From Nemertoderma westbladi (taxonomy: Eukaryota; Animalia; Xenacoelomorpha): a stretch of 64,000 nucleotides of DNA. The notes below the pieces were generated by a model. That model saw nothing but the letters and a program-made list of their open reading frames with translations. It searched no databases and had not been told where the DNA came from. The position numbers were made by a program, and so were the translations under genes. Each line of letters starts with the position of its first letter. The first letter of the stretch is position 1. The stretch covers positions 8,367 through 72,366 of the forward strand of contig JAUCBJ010002094.1 in NCBI GenBank assembly GCA_032718475.1, read 5' to 3'. Shown here in pieces: positions 1 through 12,300 of this stretch.

Positions 1-3000
1 GGAGCTGAAGTTAACTCATAATACAATAATTCACCTCAAATATCTCAGCTATTTCATGAACATAATGAAGTATTAAAACCATGTCAAAATCCTTGGTATT
101 TTTCTGCAATAATTTATCAAAATATCCTCTGATTCTTTACTATAACCATATCGATTTTAATATTTATAACTTCTAACCCACTCCACGAGATAGAGAATCT
201 TAAATGAAAGTCAAAAGAACAGGTAACACTTACATTTATAGACAGTAATCAGCTGTTATATGCTACGTATTTCCGCTGGAGATGAATGAATTTTGATTGT
301 GTCAGAACACCCCCTATCTATGGTTGTATGAGTGGAGAGATAAGTAGCCTATCTCCCTATTAATATTGTTGTGTTCTAGAATATTTTTTATAGTTTCATC
401 GTATTGCCAAAGTGACTGGAGCTGAAGTTAACTCATAATACAATAATTCACCTCAAATATCTCAGCTATTTCATGAACATAATGAAGTATTAAAGCCATG
501 TTAAAATCATTGGTGTTTTTCTGCAATAATTTATCAAAATATCCTCTGATTTTTTTCAAAAACCATATCGATTTTCATATTTATAACTTCTATCCTACTC
601 CACGAGATAGAGAATCTTAAATGAACGTCAAAAGAACAGGTAACACTTACATTTATAGAAGTAATCAGCAATTATTTGCTACGTCTTTCCGCTGGAGATG
701 TATGAATTTTGAATGTGTCAGAACACCCCCTATCTGTGGTTGTATGAGTGGAGAGATAAGTAGCCTATCTCCCTATTAATATTGCTGTGTTCTAGAATAT
801 TTATTATTGTTTCATCGTATTGCTAAAGTGGCTGGAGCTAAAGTTATTATGTAATGCAATAATTCACCTCAAATATCTCAGCTTTTTCATGAACATAATG
901 AAGTATTAAAGCCATGTCAAAATCATTGGTGTTTTTCTGCAATAATTTATCAAAATATCCTCTGATTTTTTTCAAAAACCATATCGATTTTCATATTTAT
1001 AACTTCTATCCCACTCCACGAGATAGAGAATCTTAAATGAACGTCAAAAGAACAGGTAACACTTACATTTATAGAAGTAATCAGCTGTTATTTGCTACGT
1101 CTTTCCGCTGGAGATGGATGAATTTTGATTGTGTCAGAACACCCCCTATCTGTGGCTTTCTGAGTGGAGAGATAAGTAGCCTATCTCCCTATTAATATTG
1201 TTGTGTTCTAGAATATTTTTTATAGTTTCATCGTATTGCCAAAGTGACTGGAGCTGAAGTTAACTCATAATACAATAATTCACCTCAAATATCTCAGCTA
1301 TTTCATGAACATAATGAAGTATTAAAGCCATGTCAAAATCATTGGTGTTTTTCTGCAATAATTTATCAAAATATCCTCTGATTTTTTTCAAAAACCATAT
1401 CGATTTTCATATTTATAACTTCTATCCCACTCCACGAGATAGAGAATCTTAAATGAACGTCAAAAGAACAGGTAACACTTACATTTATAGAAGTAATCAG
1501 CTGTTATTTGCTACGTCTTTCCGCTGGAGATGAATGAATTTTGATTGTGTCAGAACACCCCCTATCTGTGGCTTTATGAGTGGAGAGATAAGTATCCTAT
1601 CTCCCTATTAATATTGTTGTGTTCTAGAATATTTTTTATAGTTTCATCGTATTGCCAAAGTGACTGGAGCTGAAGTTAACTCATAATACAATAATTCACC
1701 TCAAATATCTCAGCTATTTCATGAACATAATGAAGTATTAAAGCCATGTTAAAATCATTGGTGTTTTTCTGCAATAATTTATCAAAATATCCTCTGATTT
1801 TTTTCAAAAACCATATCGATTTTCATATTTATAACTTCTATCCTACTCCACGAGATAGAGAATCTTAAATGAACGTCAAAAGAACAGGTAACACTTACAT
1901 TTATAGAAGTAATCAGCAATTATTTGCTACGTCTTTCCGCTGGAGATGTATGAATTTTGAATGTGTCAGAACACCCCCTATCTGTGGTTGTACGAGTGGA
2001 GAGATAAGTAGCCTATCTCCCTATTAATATTGCTGTGTTCTAGAATATTTATTATTGTTTCATCGTATTGCTAAAGTGGCTGGAGCTAAAGTTATTATGT
2101 AATGCAATAATTCACCTCAAATATCTCAGCTTTTTCATGAACATAATGAAGTATTAAAGCCATGTCAAAATCATTGGTGTTTTTCTGCAATAATTTATCA
2201 AAATATCCTCTGATTTTTTTCAAAAACCATATCGATTTTCATATTTATAACTTCTATCCCACTCCACGAGATAGAGAATCTTAAATGAACGTCAAAAGAA
2301 CAGGTAACACTTACATTTATAGAAGTAATCAGCTGTTATTTGCTACGTCTTTCTGCTGGAGATGGATGAATTTTGATTGTGTCAGAACACCCCCTATCTG
2401 TGGCTTTCTGAGTGGAGAGATAAGTAGCCTATCTCCCTATTAATATTGTTGTGTTCTAGAATATTTTTTATAGTTTCATCGTATTATTGACAAAGTGACT
2501 GGAGCTGAAGTTAACTCATAATACAATAATTCACCTCAAATATCTCAGCTATTTCATGAACATAATGAAGTATTAAAGCCATGTCAAAATCCTTGGTATT
2601 TTTCTGCAATAATTTATCAAAATATCCTCTGATTCTTTACTATAACCATATCGATTTTCATATTTATAACTTCTATCCTACTCCACGAGATAGAGAATCT
2701 TAAATGAACGTCAAAAGAACAGGTAACACTTACATTTATAGAAGTAATCAGCAATTATTTGCTACGTCTTTCCGCTGGAGATGTATGAATTTTGAATGTG
2801 TCAGAACACCCCCTATCTGTGGTTGTATGAGTGGAGAGATAAGTAGCCTATCTCCCTATTAATATTGCTGTGTTCTAGAATATTTATTATTGTTTCATCG
2901 TATTGCTAAAGTGGCTGGAGCTAAAGTTATTATGTAATGCAATAATTCACCTCAAATATCTCAGCTTTTTCATGAACATAATGAAGTATTAAAGCCATGT

Positions 3001-4157
3001 CAAAATCATTGGTGTTTTTCTGCAATAATTTATCAAAATATCCTCTGATTTTTTTCAAAAACCATATCGATTTTCATATTTATAACTTCTATCCCACTCC
3101 ACGAGATAGAGAATCTTAAATGAACGTCAAAAGAACAGGTAACACTTACATTTATAGAAGTAATCAGCTGTTATTTGCTACGTCTTTCCGCTGGAGATGT
3201 ATGAATTTTGAATGTGTCAGAACACCCCCTATCTGTGGTTGTATGAGTGGAGAGATAAGTAGCCTATCTCCCTATTAATATTGCTGTGTTCTAGAATATT
3301 TATTATTGTTTCATCGTATTGCTAAAGTGGCTGGAGCTAAAGTTATTATGTAATGCAATAATTCACCTCAAATATCTCAGCTTTTTCATGAACATAATGA
3401 AGTATTAAAGCCATGTCAAAATCATTGGTGTTTTTCTGCAATAATTTATCAAAATATCCTCTGATTTTTTTCAAAAACCATATCGATTTTCATATTTATA
3501 ACTTCTATCCCACTCCACGAGATAGAGAATCTTAAATGAACGTCAAAAGAACAGGTAACACTTACATTTATAGAAGTAATCAGCTGTTATTTGCTACGTC
3601 TTTCTGCTGGAGATGGATGAATTTTGATTGTGTCAGAACACCCCCTATCTGTGGCTTTCTGAGTGGAGAGATAAGTAGCCTATCTCCCTATTAATATTGT
3701 TGTGTTCTAGAATATTTTTTATAGTTTCATCGTATTATTGACAAAGTGACTGGAGCTGAAGTTAACTCATAATACAATAATTCACCTCAAATATCTCAGC
3801 TATTTCATGAACATAATGAAGTATTAAAGCCATGTCAAAATCCTTGGTATTTTTCTGCAATAATTTATCAAAATATCCTCTGATTTTTTTCAAAAACCAT
3901 ATCGATTTTCTATATTTATAACTTCTATCCCACTCCACGAGATAGAGAATCTTAAATGAACGTCAAAAGAACAGGTAACACTTACATTTATAGAAGTAAT
4001 CAGCTGTTATTTGCTACGTATTTCCGCTGGAGATGAATGAATTTTGATTGTGTCAGAACACCCCCTATCTATGGTTGTATGAGTGGAGAGATAAGTATCC
4101 TATCTCCATATTGTTGTGTTCTAGAATATTTTTTATAGTTTCATCGTATTGCCAAAG
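1..4157 (+). repeat. Satellite array, ~416-bp AT-rich monomer, ~10 copies, + orientation
   Basis: GGAGCT(G/A)AAGTT recurs at 1, 418, 834, 1250 and 1666 (spacing 416-417). The array ends at ...CGTATTGCCAAAG (4157). Confidence 0.98.
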
Positions 4158-4169
4158 AAGATAACTTCG

Positions 4170-4630
4170 ATAACTAGGTCGAGAAGATAACTTTTAATAA
4201 GTGCAACAGCATTCGATTGGAATCCAATTTCTATTAATTTATCTAGGAGAATGTCGTGCTGGAGGGAGTTGAAAGCTTTAGAGAGATCTAGTACTCCAAT
4301 AGCAATATATTTTTTTTCGTTAAGTTCGCGTTTCCAAGACTCGGTTGCAAATAAAACGGCGTCTGCTGTAGAATACCCTTTTCTGAAACCAAATTGCTTA
4401 CTTTGTAGTATTTTATTGTTGTGTAGATATTTTGTAATTTGGTGATATATGACTGTTTCAATTATTTTTTCGAATGTTGATGTGACAGAAATAGGTCTAT
4501 AATTAGATGGTTCATCTCGAGACCCTTTTTTGAATACCGGAGTAATAAAGGTTGATTTTCGCCGAGAAGGAAAAGTGCTTGACGTTAGGCATAAGTTTGT
4601 GATGTGAGTTAGTGGTATGGTAATATACGG
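4170..4630 (-). pseudogene. LINE ORF2 continuation: N-terminal half of the RT domain (not in the ORF track)
   Basis: Manual translation gives PYITIPLTHITNLCLTSSTFPS...ITPVFKKGSRDEPSNYRPISVTSTFEKIIE...QFGFRKGYST...LDLSKAFNSLQHDILLDKL. It joins the 6626 part once the RTE and one TSD copy are removed. Confidence 0.9.
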
Positions 4631-6614
4631 ACAACAAAATTCAGAAGTGCCGAAATGACCTTCATAAGGCGCAGAAAGAGTCCCGACTCAAACAGACTAC
4701 AGTGGCCAAGAATGCAGTTAAAGCTGCATCTAGGTCCCTGAACAGGCAGTACTCTGTTAATCTACAGGAGCTAATAAACCAACAGGTTGATGCCATCAAT
4801 GATGCTGACGACAGCAGGCAATCATCCCAGGCATGGAAATCGATCAATCTGCTTACTGGGCGGAAAAGCCAACCAACCACCAAGGTTAAGGCTGAATCAC
4901 CAGCCGATCGCCTCAATGGTTGGAAAGCCCACTTTGAAAAGCTCCTCAATAATGACAGGGTATTGCCTGATAACTTTATAGAAGTAAAAGTGTCTGAGTC
5001 TGTACTCCCAGATATTCCCATTGGCGATATCTCCTTTGCAGAAGTGAAGGCTGCTGCAAAGAGCATTAAGACCAATCGTGCCAGTGGAGTAGATGGTGTT
5101 CCCCCTGAGGTCTTTAAAATACCTGAGTGTTTAAAGCTCATCTATCCCATCATAGTAGACATGTACCGTACAACAAGAGTCCCACAAGAAATGAAAACAA
5201 ATAAGTTGGTGCCAGTTCCCAAGAAGGGCAACCTAACACTCTATGGTTCTTTTCGGGGAATCTCATTGATCTCGATTGCTGCAAAACTATACAATAGAAT
5301 TCTATTAAATCGCATCAGGGATCCCATTGAGAGACTGCTACGTGGAAATCAGAATGGGTTCCGTAAAGGTCGTGGGACCATGGAGCCCATTTTGGCACTT
5401 AGAAGGATAATTGAAGAGTTATCAAAAAAGAAAGACAGGCATCTGGCTGTTATCTCTGTTGACTTCTTCAAGGCCTTTGATTCAGTCTCTCGCTCACGTA
5501 TGTTCAGCATACTTTCATTATATGGGATTCCTGATGAAATTATTGCAGCAATCAGATCAGTATACGATGGTTCGACAACATTTGTGTCTACTGTTGACGG
5601 TGACACAGAACCATTTGAAGTGTTATGGGGCGTCCTCCAAGGAGACACACTTGCACCATTCTTGTTCATTATTGTGGTTGACTATGTTCTACGCATGTCC
5701 TTAGATCATCATAATGATGATGGGGTGATGATAACTCCACCTACTGGCTCCAGAAGTCGAGGAAATCCTGCCAAGTACCTAACTGATCTAGACTTTGCTG
5801 ATGACTTAGGAGTACTCTCAGAATCATTAGAGGGAGCCCAGCGGCTCCTCAGCTCATTAGAACATGCTGCTTCTAGTGTTGGTCTTTTTATTAACTCCAG
5901 AAAGACCAAAATTCTGACAGTTAACTTTGAAAGTCCTCAGCAAGTCTCTGATCGGATGAGCATAAGCTCAAAGGATGGTATGCTTGTGCATGTGGACGAC
6001 TTCTGTTACCTGGGATCATGGATCCGGAAGTCAGGTGAGGACCTTCGAATACGTAAGGGAAAGGCATGGGCAGCCTTGAATAGGCTTTCCAGGATTTGGA
6101 AGTCACCTAGAATTAATCGGAAACTTAAGGTCCGATTATTTAGAGCAGCAGTAGTTCCAGTACTCCTCTACGGGAGTCCATGCTGGGCTCTAACTGCTGA
6201 GGACACCAAATCTCTGGATGGCACATTCACAAGAATGCTACGCCGGGTACATTGTGTCAAGTACAATGCACACATCTCCAACCAGACACTATATAACATT
6301 GGAGGTGTCTCATTGGTTCCCCCAAGCTTGACACTAGAACAAAATCGCCTCCGCTTTGCAGGACATTGCTTTCGCCGTGAGGACCAGCCAGTGCATAATC
6401 TTGTACTTTGGCAGCCTCATGGAGTGAATAAGCATGGTGGACAGCCCATGACTTTCTTGAGACGCATCTTAAAGGACACTGGCCTTAAAGATGCGGATGA
6501 TCTAGCAAATGTCATGGGTGATAGGGAGTTGTGGCGGTGCAATTTTGTTGACAAGCCGGCACAGCATTCTTAAAAATGCAGCTGCAATGCAGCATGCCGA
6601 TCCTAGTAGTAGTA
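4631..6614 (+). mobile_element. 5'-truncated RTE-clade LINE with (TAG)n tail and 11-bp TSD
   Basis: TSD GTAATATACGG at 4620-4630 and 6615-6625. Short 3'UTR AATGCAGCTGCAATGCAGCATGCCGATCC is followed by (TAG)4. Its composition differs from the flanking AT-rich LINE. Confidence 0.93.
4702..6573 (+). CDS. RTE-type reverse transcriptase (endonuclease lost by 5' truncation; frame open back to the junction)
   Basis: Motifs VPKKGNL..FRGISL, QNGFRKGR, VDFFKAFDSV, GVLQGDTLAPFLF, DLDFADD (5794-5805), FCYLGS, and RTE-like C-terminus RLRFAGHCFRR. No stops or frameshifts. Confidence 0.93.
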   Translation: MAKNAVKAASRSLNRQYSVNLQELINQQVDAINDADDSRQSSQAWKSINLLTGRKSQPTTKVKAESPADRLNGWKAHFEKLLNNDRVLPDNFIEVKVSESVLPDIPIGDISFAEVKAAAKSIKTNRASGVDGVPPEVFKIPECLKLIYPIIVDMYRTTRVPQEMKTNKLVPVPKKGNLTLYGSFRGISLISIAAKLYNRILLNRIRDPIERLLRGNQNGFRKGRGTMEPILALRRIIEELSKKKDRHLAVISVDFFKAFDSVSRSRMFSILSLYGIPDEIIAAIRSVYDGSTTFVSTVDGDTEPFEVLWGVLQGDTLAPFLFIIVVDYVLRMSLDHHNDDGVMITPPTGSRSRGNPAKYLTDLDFADDLGVLSESLEGAQRLLSSLEHAASSVGLFINSRKTKILTVNFESPQQVSDRMSISSKDGMLVHVDDFCYLGSWIRKSGEDLRIRKGKAWAALNRLSRIWKSPRINRKLKVRLFRAAVVPVLLYGSPCWALTAEDTKSLDGTFTRMLRRVHCVKYNAHISNQTLYNIGGVSLVPPSLTLEQNRLRFAGHCFRREDQPVHNLVLWQPHGVNKHGGQPMTFLRRILKDTGLKDADDLANVMGDRELWRCNFVDKPAQHS

Positions 6615-6625
6615 GTAATATACGG

Positions 6626-8248
6626 TGCAATTAGTTTTATTAATTTTGGACTTAATATTGACGGACCAGTTGGTTTATTTGTGTTTATTTTAGATATTAT
6701 TTCAAATATTTCTAATTCGGTTACGTTCTTAAAGCTGTAACTAGAGTGAACAGTACAATGTCTTTTTATATAGCCAGTGCTTTGAAAGTTACCCAGATTT
6801 AGATATGTGTCATTAAGTAGGTTCGCCATTGGTAATATGTTATAAATAATAGAGCCTGTTGCGTGATTAATTAAGGACGATATAGTTTGCTCGGTTTTTT
6901 TATTATTATTAGTGATTTTATTTAATATTGCCCATTTGTCTTTTATTGCAGTTGCATCAATTAGTTTTGATTTTATATATTTATTCTTTAGGTTTTTATT
7001 TAGTGAGTTAAATTTATTTCGAATTGTTTTATAGTCTGCAAAGTCACTTTCACTTTTTGAATGTCTCCACCTGATTAATTTTTGCTGTTTTTCAATATTT
7101 TGGGATGATAGTTCTGAGTTCCACCATAGTGATATGTTGTGCAAGTTGCTTTTGATATTATTGCTAGATCGTATGCATTTAGTTTTAATTGGTGCATGCT
7201 TATCATATATTTCATTTAATTTATTTTCGAAGTTGTCATAAACGTAATCTACATTGCTTGTAAAATAATTATTCGTCCAGTCAATTTTACTAATTTCATT
7301 AAGAAAATCAGATTCATTGAAATGTGATAGATCGCGGAATTTAACTGTAGACTATACTGGTTTCGTGTTTTGTGGTGGTTGTGAAATTACTTGTTTGGAT
7401 TTCAGTACTATAAATTCGTGATCGGAAAATTCAGCCGGAAATGTATTGCATTCAATATAGTTATCTGTATTATTTGAGATGGTTATGAACATGTCTATAA
7501 GAGAGCTGGTTTTTGCTTTATATCTAGTGGGGTGCTCGGTATTTAGGATTTGTAAGTTGTATGTCGTTAGTATTTCCAGGAATTGCTTGTTTTTATAATA
7601 TGCAGAGTTATTTTTTGATTGGGGGTCATATGTGGATTGAATATTAACATTGAAATCACCCATTAGAAGGACATTTTGAGATGCATTGGTAGCATTCTCC
7701 ATTTCCTCGGCCAGGTCATCCCAAATATTATTAGCATGTGGTGGTATGTAGAATACACCTACTAGAGTATCGCCTATATTGATCCACAATGAGTCATATT
7801 TTTTATTTTCTTTCTTATAATTGCTTGTATTGCTTTTATTATTATTCGTTGTAGTGCTATTGTTCCCTAATTTAATATCCCCCCTTGTATTGTATTTAAT
7901 GCCACTAGGTATGTAAAATAAGACACCTCCCCCTTTCTTCTTTCTCCTATCCTGCCTTTCAATGTTGTAACCTGATAATTGTATTGATTTTGATGATATG
8001 CGGCGTTTCAACCATGTTTCCGATATACTGATTATTGTGTTAGTCGTTATTTTGGGATCAGTTTGAAGAAGGTCTTTAATATCATTGTAGTGTTTCACGT
8101 GACTTAAAGCGTTAATATGAATAAATTTTAGTTCGTTTGGATTATTGACTAGATACTGGCGTAATTGGTACATGTTGCTCCATAACGGCCCTTGAGGCAA
8201 TATTGCAGGCCCTGGATTTGGGTGAACGTCACCACATTTTAGTAACAT
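6626..8248 (-). pseudogene. LINE ORF2 5' part: 2A-like motif, APE endonuclease, linker; one in-frame TAG at 7352-7354
   Basis: ORFs 7352..8248 and 6512..7144 share a frame and read through the stop (...KPV*STVKFRD...KHAPIK...WWNSEL...LIKLIAPYIT). Confidence 0.88.
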
Positions 8249-9380
8249 AATGTTAATTGTTAGGCTAATTATAATTAGTGTGTCGATGCCGGAGGTTATA
8301 TATAAGTATGCAATGTACAGTATCAGTTTGGTTGCCTGAGTTGCATTAATATATGCTCTATGCGTTCTGTATGTTTTGTATATTTTTTTTTAAATTTGAT
8401 ATGTGAGTGATCCCTTAGAATTGTTTGAATATGTCAATGAATTCCACCACACTGCGTTATACATAATAGCAAGAGTTAAATTAAAATTGTTTGAAAGTGC
8501 TGGCCTAGTATTATTACAGGAAACAAAAAGGGATATTGAAATTATTAAAAAAGGCAAAGCTAGAAAAAATATGAAAATATATTTCTGAATGAATAACTCG
8601 AGAGATTGATATGTTGAAATCTTGCTATACAATGATATTATTAGAAGTAAAGTATAACCACTGGAACAGGTGATATTGAATTTAAGATTTTGTCTTCGTG
8701 AAGTTTTATTTTGATGTAAGCATAAGGGTAGTCTATTATACTTATTCTGTCTTTGTCGTCTGCTGAGGAGGTTCAGTCGGGGTTGGGGGGCTGTAGTTGT
8801 TTTGCTGCGCAAAAAATGACTGTCACATATTTGTTTTACCAATATGCATAAACATAGACACAACCCACTGAGCATGGCCTTGGCTATTCCATGCATATGT
8901 TAAACAATATTGTTCAAATAAAAATATATTAAATAGAAGCATTTCATTAATGAATAAATTGCACAATTTATTAGGACTAGTGAATTGCGTGTGAAAAAAT
9001 ACATTATCGTGCTCAGCCCGCTGAACTTTGACATAACTACGATATATATGATATATAGGCTTAGTAATATATTGAACATAAAAACCCTGTAAATATTATA
9101 TATATTCGATCGGAAGTTAAAACCCAAATGGGTATTACGCAAAGAATTTGCCTTCAGAGTTAAGCATAATTTGAAATACAGTAGGGCTAACGATACAAAC
9201 CAGATAAAATCAAGTAGAAGGTACTTGAATGTTATTAGTGCGAATAAAAAAAAAAGTGGTACTCATTAGTTTGGACCTAATATTTACCCCTGTATATCAT
9301 CTGGATTTATAACTTGCAGTAGGTCTATTAGAGCCGATATCATACCTCGTTTCTTTGCGAGCGGATCAATCTGTACGATC

Positions 9381-12300
9381 ATGTTCATGAAATAGCTGAG
9401 ATATTTGAGGTGAATTATTGTATTATGAGACAACTTCAGCTCTAGTCACTTTGGCAATACGATGAAACTATAAAAAATATTCTAGAACACAACAATATTA
9501 ATAGGGAGATAGGATACTTATCTCTCCACTCAGAAAGCCACAGATAGGGGGTGTTCCAACACAATCAAAATTCATCCATCTCCAGCGGAAAGACGTAGCA
9601 AATAACAGCTGATTACTTCTATAAATGTAAGTGTTACCTGTTCTTTTGACTTTCATTTAAGATTCTCTATCTCGTGGAGTGGGTTAGAAGATATAAATAA
9701 GAAAATCGATGTGGTTTTTGAAAAAAATCAGAGGATATTTTGATAAATTATTGCAGAAAAACACCAATGATTTTGACATGGCTTTAATACTTCATTATGT
9801 TCATGAAATAGCTGAGATATTTGAGGTAAATTATTGTATTATGAGTTAACTTCAGCTCTAGTCACTTTGGCAATACGATGAAACTATAAAAAATATTCTA
9901 GAACACAACAATATTAATAGGGAGATAGGATACTTATCTCTCCACTCAGAAAGCCACAGATAGGGGGTGTTCCAACGCAATCAAAATTCATCCATCCCCA
10001 GCGGAAAGACGTAGCAAATAACAGCTGATTACTTCTATAAATGTAAGTGTTACCTGTTCTTTTGACGTTCATTTAAGATTCTCTATCTCGTGGAGTGGGA
10101 TAGAAGTTATAAATATGAAAATTGATATGGTTTTTGAAAAAAATCAGAGGATATTTTGATAAATTATTGCAGAAAAATACCAAGGATTTTGACATGGATT
10201 TAATACTTCATTATGTTCATGAAATAGCTGAGATATTTGAGGTGAATTATTGCATTACATAATAACTTTAGCTCCAGCCACTTTAGCAATGCGATGAAAC
10301 TATAATAAATATTCTAGAACATAACAATATTAATAGGGAGATAGGCTACTTATCTCTCAACTCATACAACCACAGATAGGGGGTTTTCTGACACAATCAA
10401 AATTCATTCATCTTCAGCGGAAAGACGTAGCAAATAACAGCTGATTACTTCTATAAATGTAAGTGTTACCTGTTCTTTTGACTTTCATTTAAGATACTTT
10501 ATCTCGTTGAGTGGGATAGAAGTTATAAATATTAAAATCGATATGGTTTTTGAAAAAAATCAGAGGATATTTTGATAAATTATTGCAGAAAAATACCAAG
10601 GAATTTGACATGGATTTAATACTTCATTATGTTCATGAAATAGCTGAGATATTTGAGGCGAATTATTGTATTATGAGTCAACTTCAGCTCTAGTCACTTT
10701 GGCAATACGATGAAACTATAATAAATATTCTAGAACACAACAATATTAAACAGGGAGATAGGCTACTTATCTCTCCTCTCAGACAGCCACAGATAGGGGG
10801 TGTTCCAACGCAATCAAAATTCATCCATCTCCAGCGGAAAGACGTAGCAAATAACAGCTGATTACTGCTATAAATGTAAGTGTTACCTGTTCTTTTGACG
10901 TTCATTTAAGATTCTCTATCTCGTGGAGTGGGATAGAAGTTATAAATAAGAAAATCGATGTGGTTTTTGAAAAAAATCAGAGGATATTTTGATAAATTAT
11001 TGCAGAAAAACACCAATGATTTTGACATGGATTTAATACTTCATTATGTTCATGAAATAGCTGAGATATTTGAGGTGAATAATTGTATTATGAGTTAACT
11101 TCAGCTCTAGTCACTTTGGCAATACGATGAAACTATAAAAAATATTCTAGAACACAACAATATTAATAGGGAGATAGGATAATTATCTCTCCACTCAGAA
11201 AGCCACAGATAGGGGGTGTTCCAACGCAATCAAAATTCATCCATCTCCAGCGGAAATACGTAGCAAATAACAGCTGATTACTGCTATAAATGTAAGTGTT
11301 ACCTGTTCTTTTGACGTTCATTTAAGATTCTCTAGCTCGTGGAGTGGGATAGAAGTTATAAATAAGAAAATCGATGTGGTTTTTGAAAAAAATCAGAGGA
11401 TATTTTGATAAATTATTGCAGAAAAATACCAAGGATTTTGACATGGATTTAATACTTCATTATGTTCATGAAATAGCTGAGATATTTGAGGTGAATTATT
11501 GCATTACATAATAACTTTAGCTCCAGCCACTTTAGCAATGCGATGAAACTATAATAAATATTCTAGAACATAACAATATTAATAGGGAGATAGGCTACTT
11601 ATCTCTCAACTCATACAACCACAGATAGGGGGTTTTCTGACACAATCAAAATTCATTCATCTTCAGCGGAAAGACGTAGCAAATAACAGCTGATTACTTC
11701 TATAAATGTAAGTGTTACCTGTTCTTTTGACTTTCATTTAAGATACTTTATCTCGTTGAGTGGGATAGAAGTTATAAATATTAAAATCGATATGGTTTTT
11801 GAAAAAAATCAGAGGATATTTTGATAAATTATTGCAGAAAAATACCAAGGAATTTGACATGGATTTAATACTTCATTATGTTCATGAAATAGCTGAGATA
11901 TTTGAGGCGAATTATTGTATTATGAGTCAACTTCAGCTCTAGTCACTTTGGCAATACGATGAAACTATAATAAATATTCTAGAACACAACAATATTAAAC
12001 AGGGAGATAGGCTACTTATCTCTCCTCTCAGACAGCCACAGATAGGGGGTGTTCCAACGCAATCAAAATTCATCCATCTCCAGCGGAAATACGTAGCAAA
12101 TAACAGCTGATTACTGCTATAAATGTAAGTGTTACCTGTTCTTTTGACGTTCATTTAAGATTCTCTAGCTCGTGGAGTGGGATAGAAGTTATAAATAAGA
12201 AAATCGATGTGGTTTTTGAAAAAAATCAGAGGATATTTTGATAAATTATTGCAGAAAAACACCAATGATTTTGACATGGCTTTAATACTTCATTATGTTC

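Larger units (their letters stand above)
4158..9380 (-). mobile_element. Truncated APE-type non-LTR retrotransposon (CR1/L2/Crack group), interrupted by an RTE insertion
   Basis: Minus-strand ORF2 has APE motifs (HINALS, ISETWL, RQDR..GGGV, GDFN, IDMF, SDH) and the first part of RT (ITPVFKKG, NYRPIS, QFGFRKG, LDLSKAFNS). The RT is cut off before QG/YADD at ~4170. No TSD is visible. Confidence 0.9.

Noticed and set aside
200-310. Satellite as a spliced-leader RNA gene array (CAG/GTAAC donor at 223, Sm-like GAATTTTGA at 288-296; CRE relatives target SL genes)
   Set aside because: The motifs are short and expected in AT-rich DNA. I recognise no SL exon, and the CRE inserts ~180 bp from the donor. 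Finding this sequence on mRNA 5' ends would revive the idea.
9285-9380. Possible C-terminal end of LINE ORF1 (IVQIDPLAKKRGMISALIDLLQVINPDDIQG*)
   Set aside because: The position is plausible, but ~30 codons with no diagnostic motif is too little to call.
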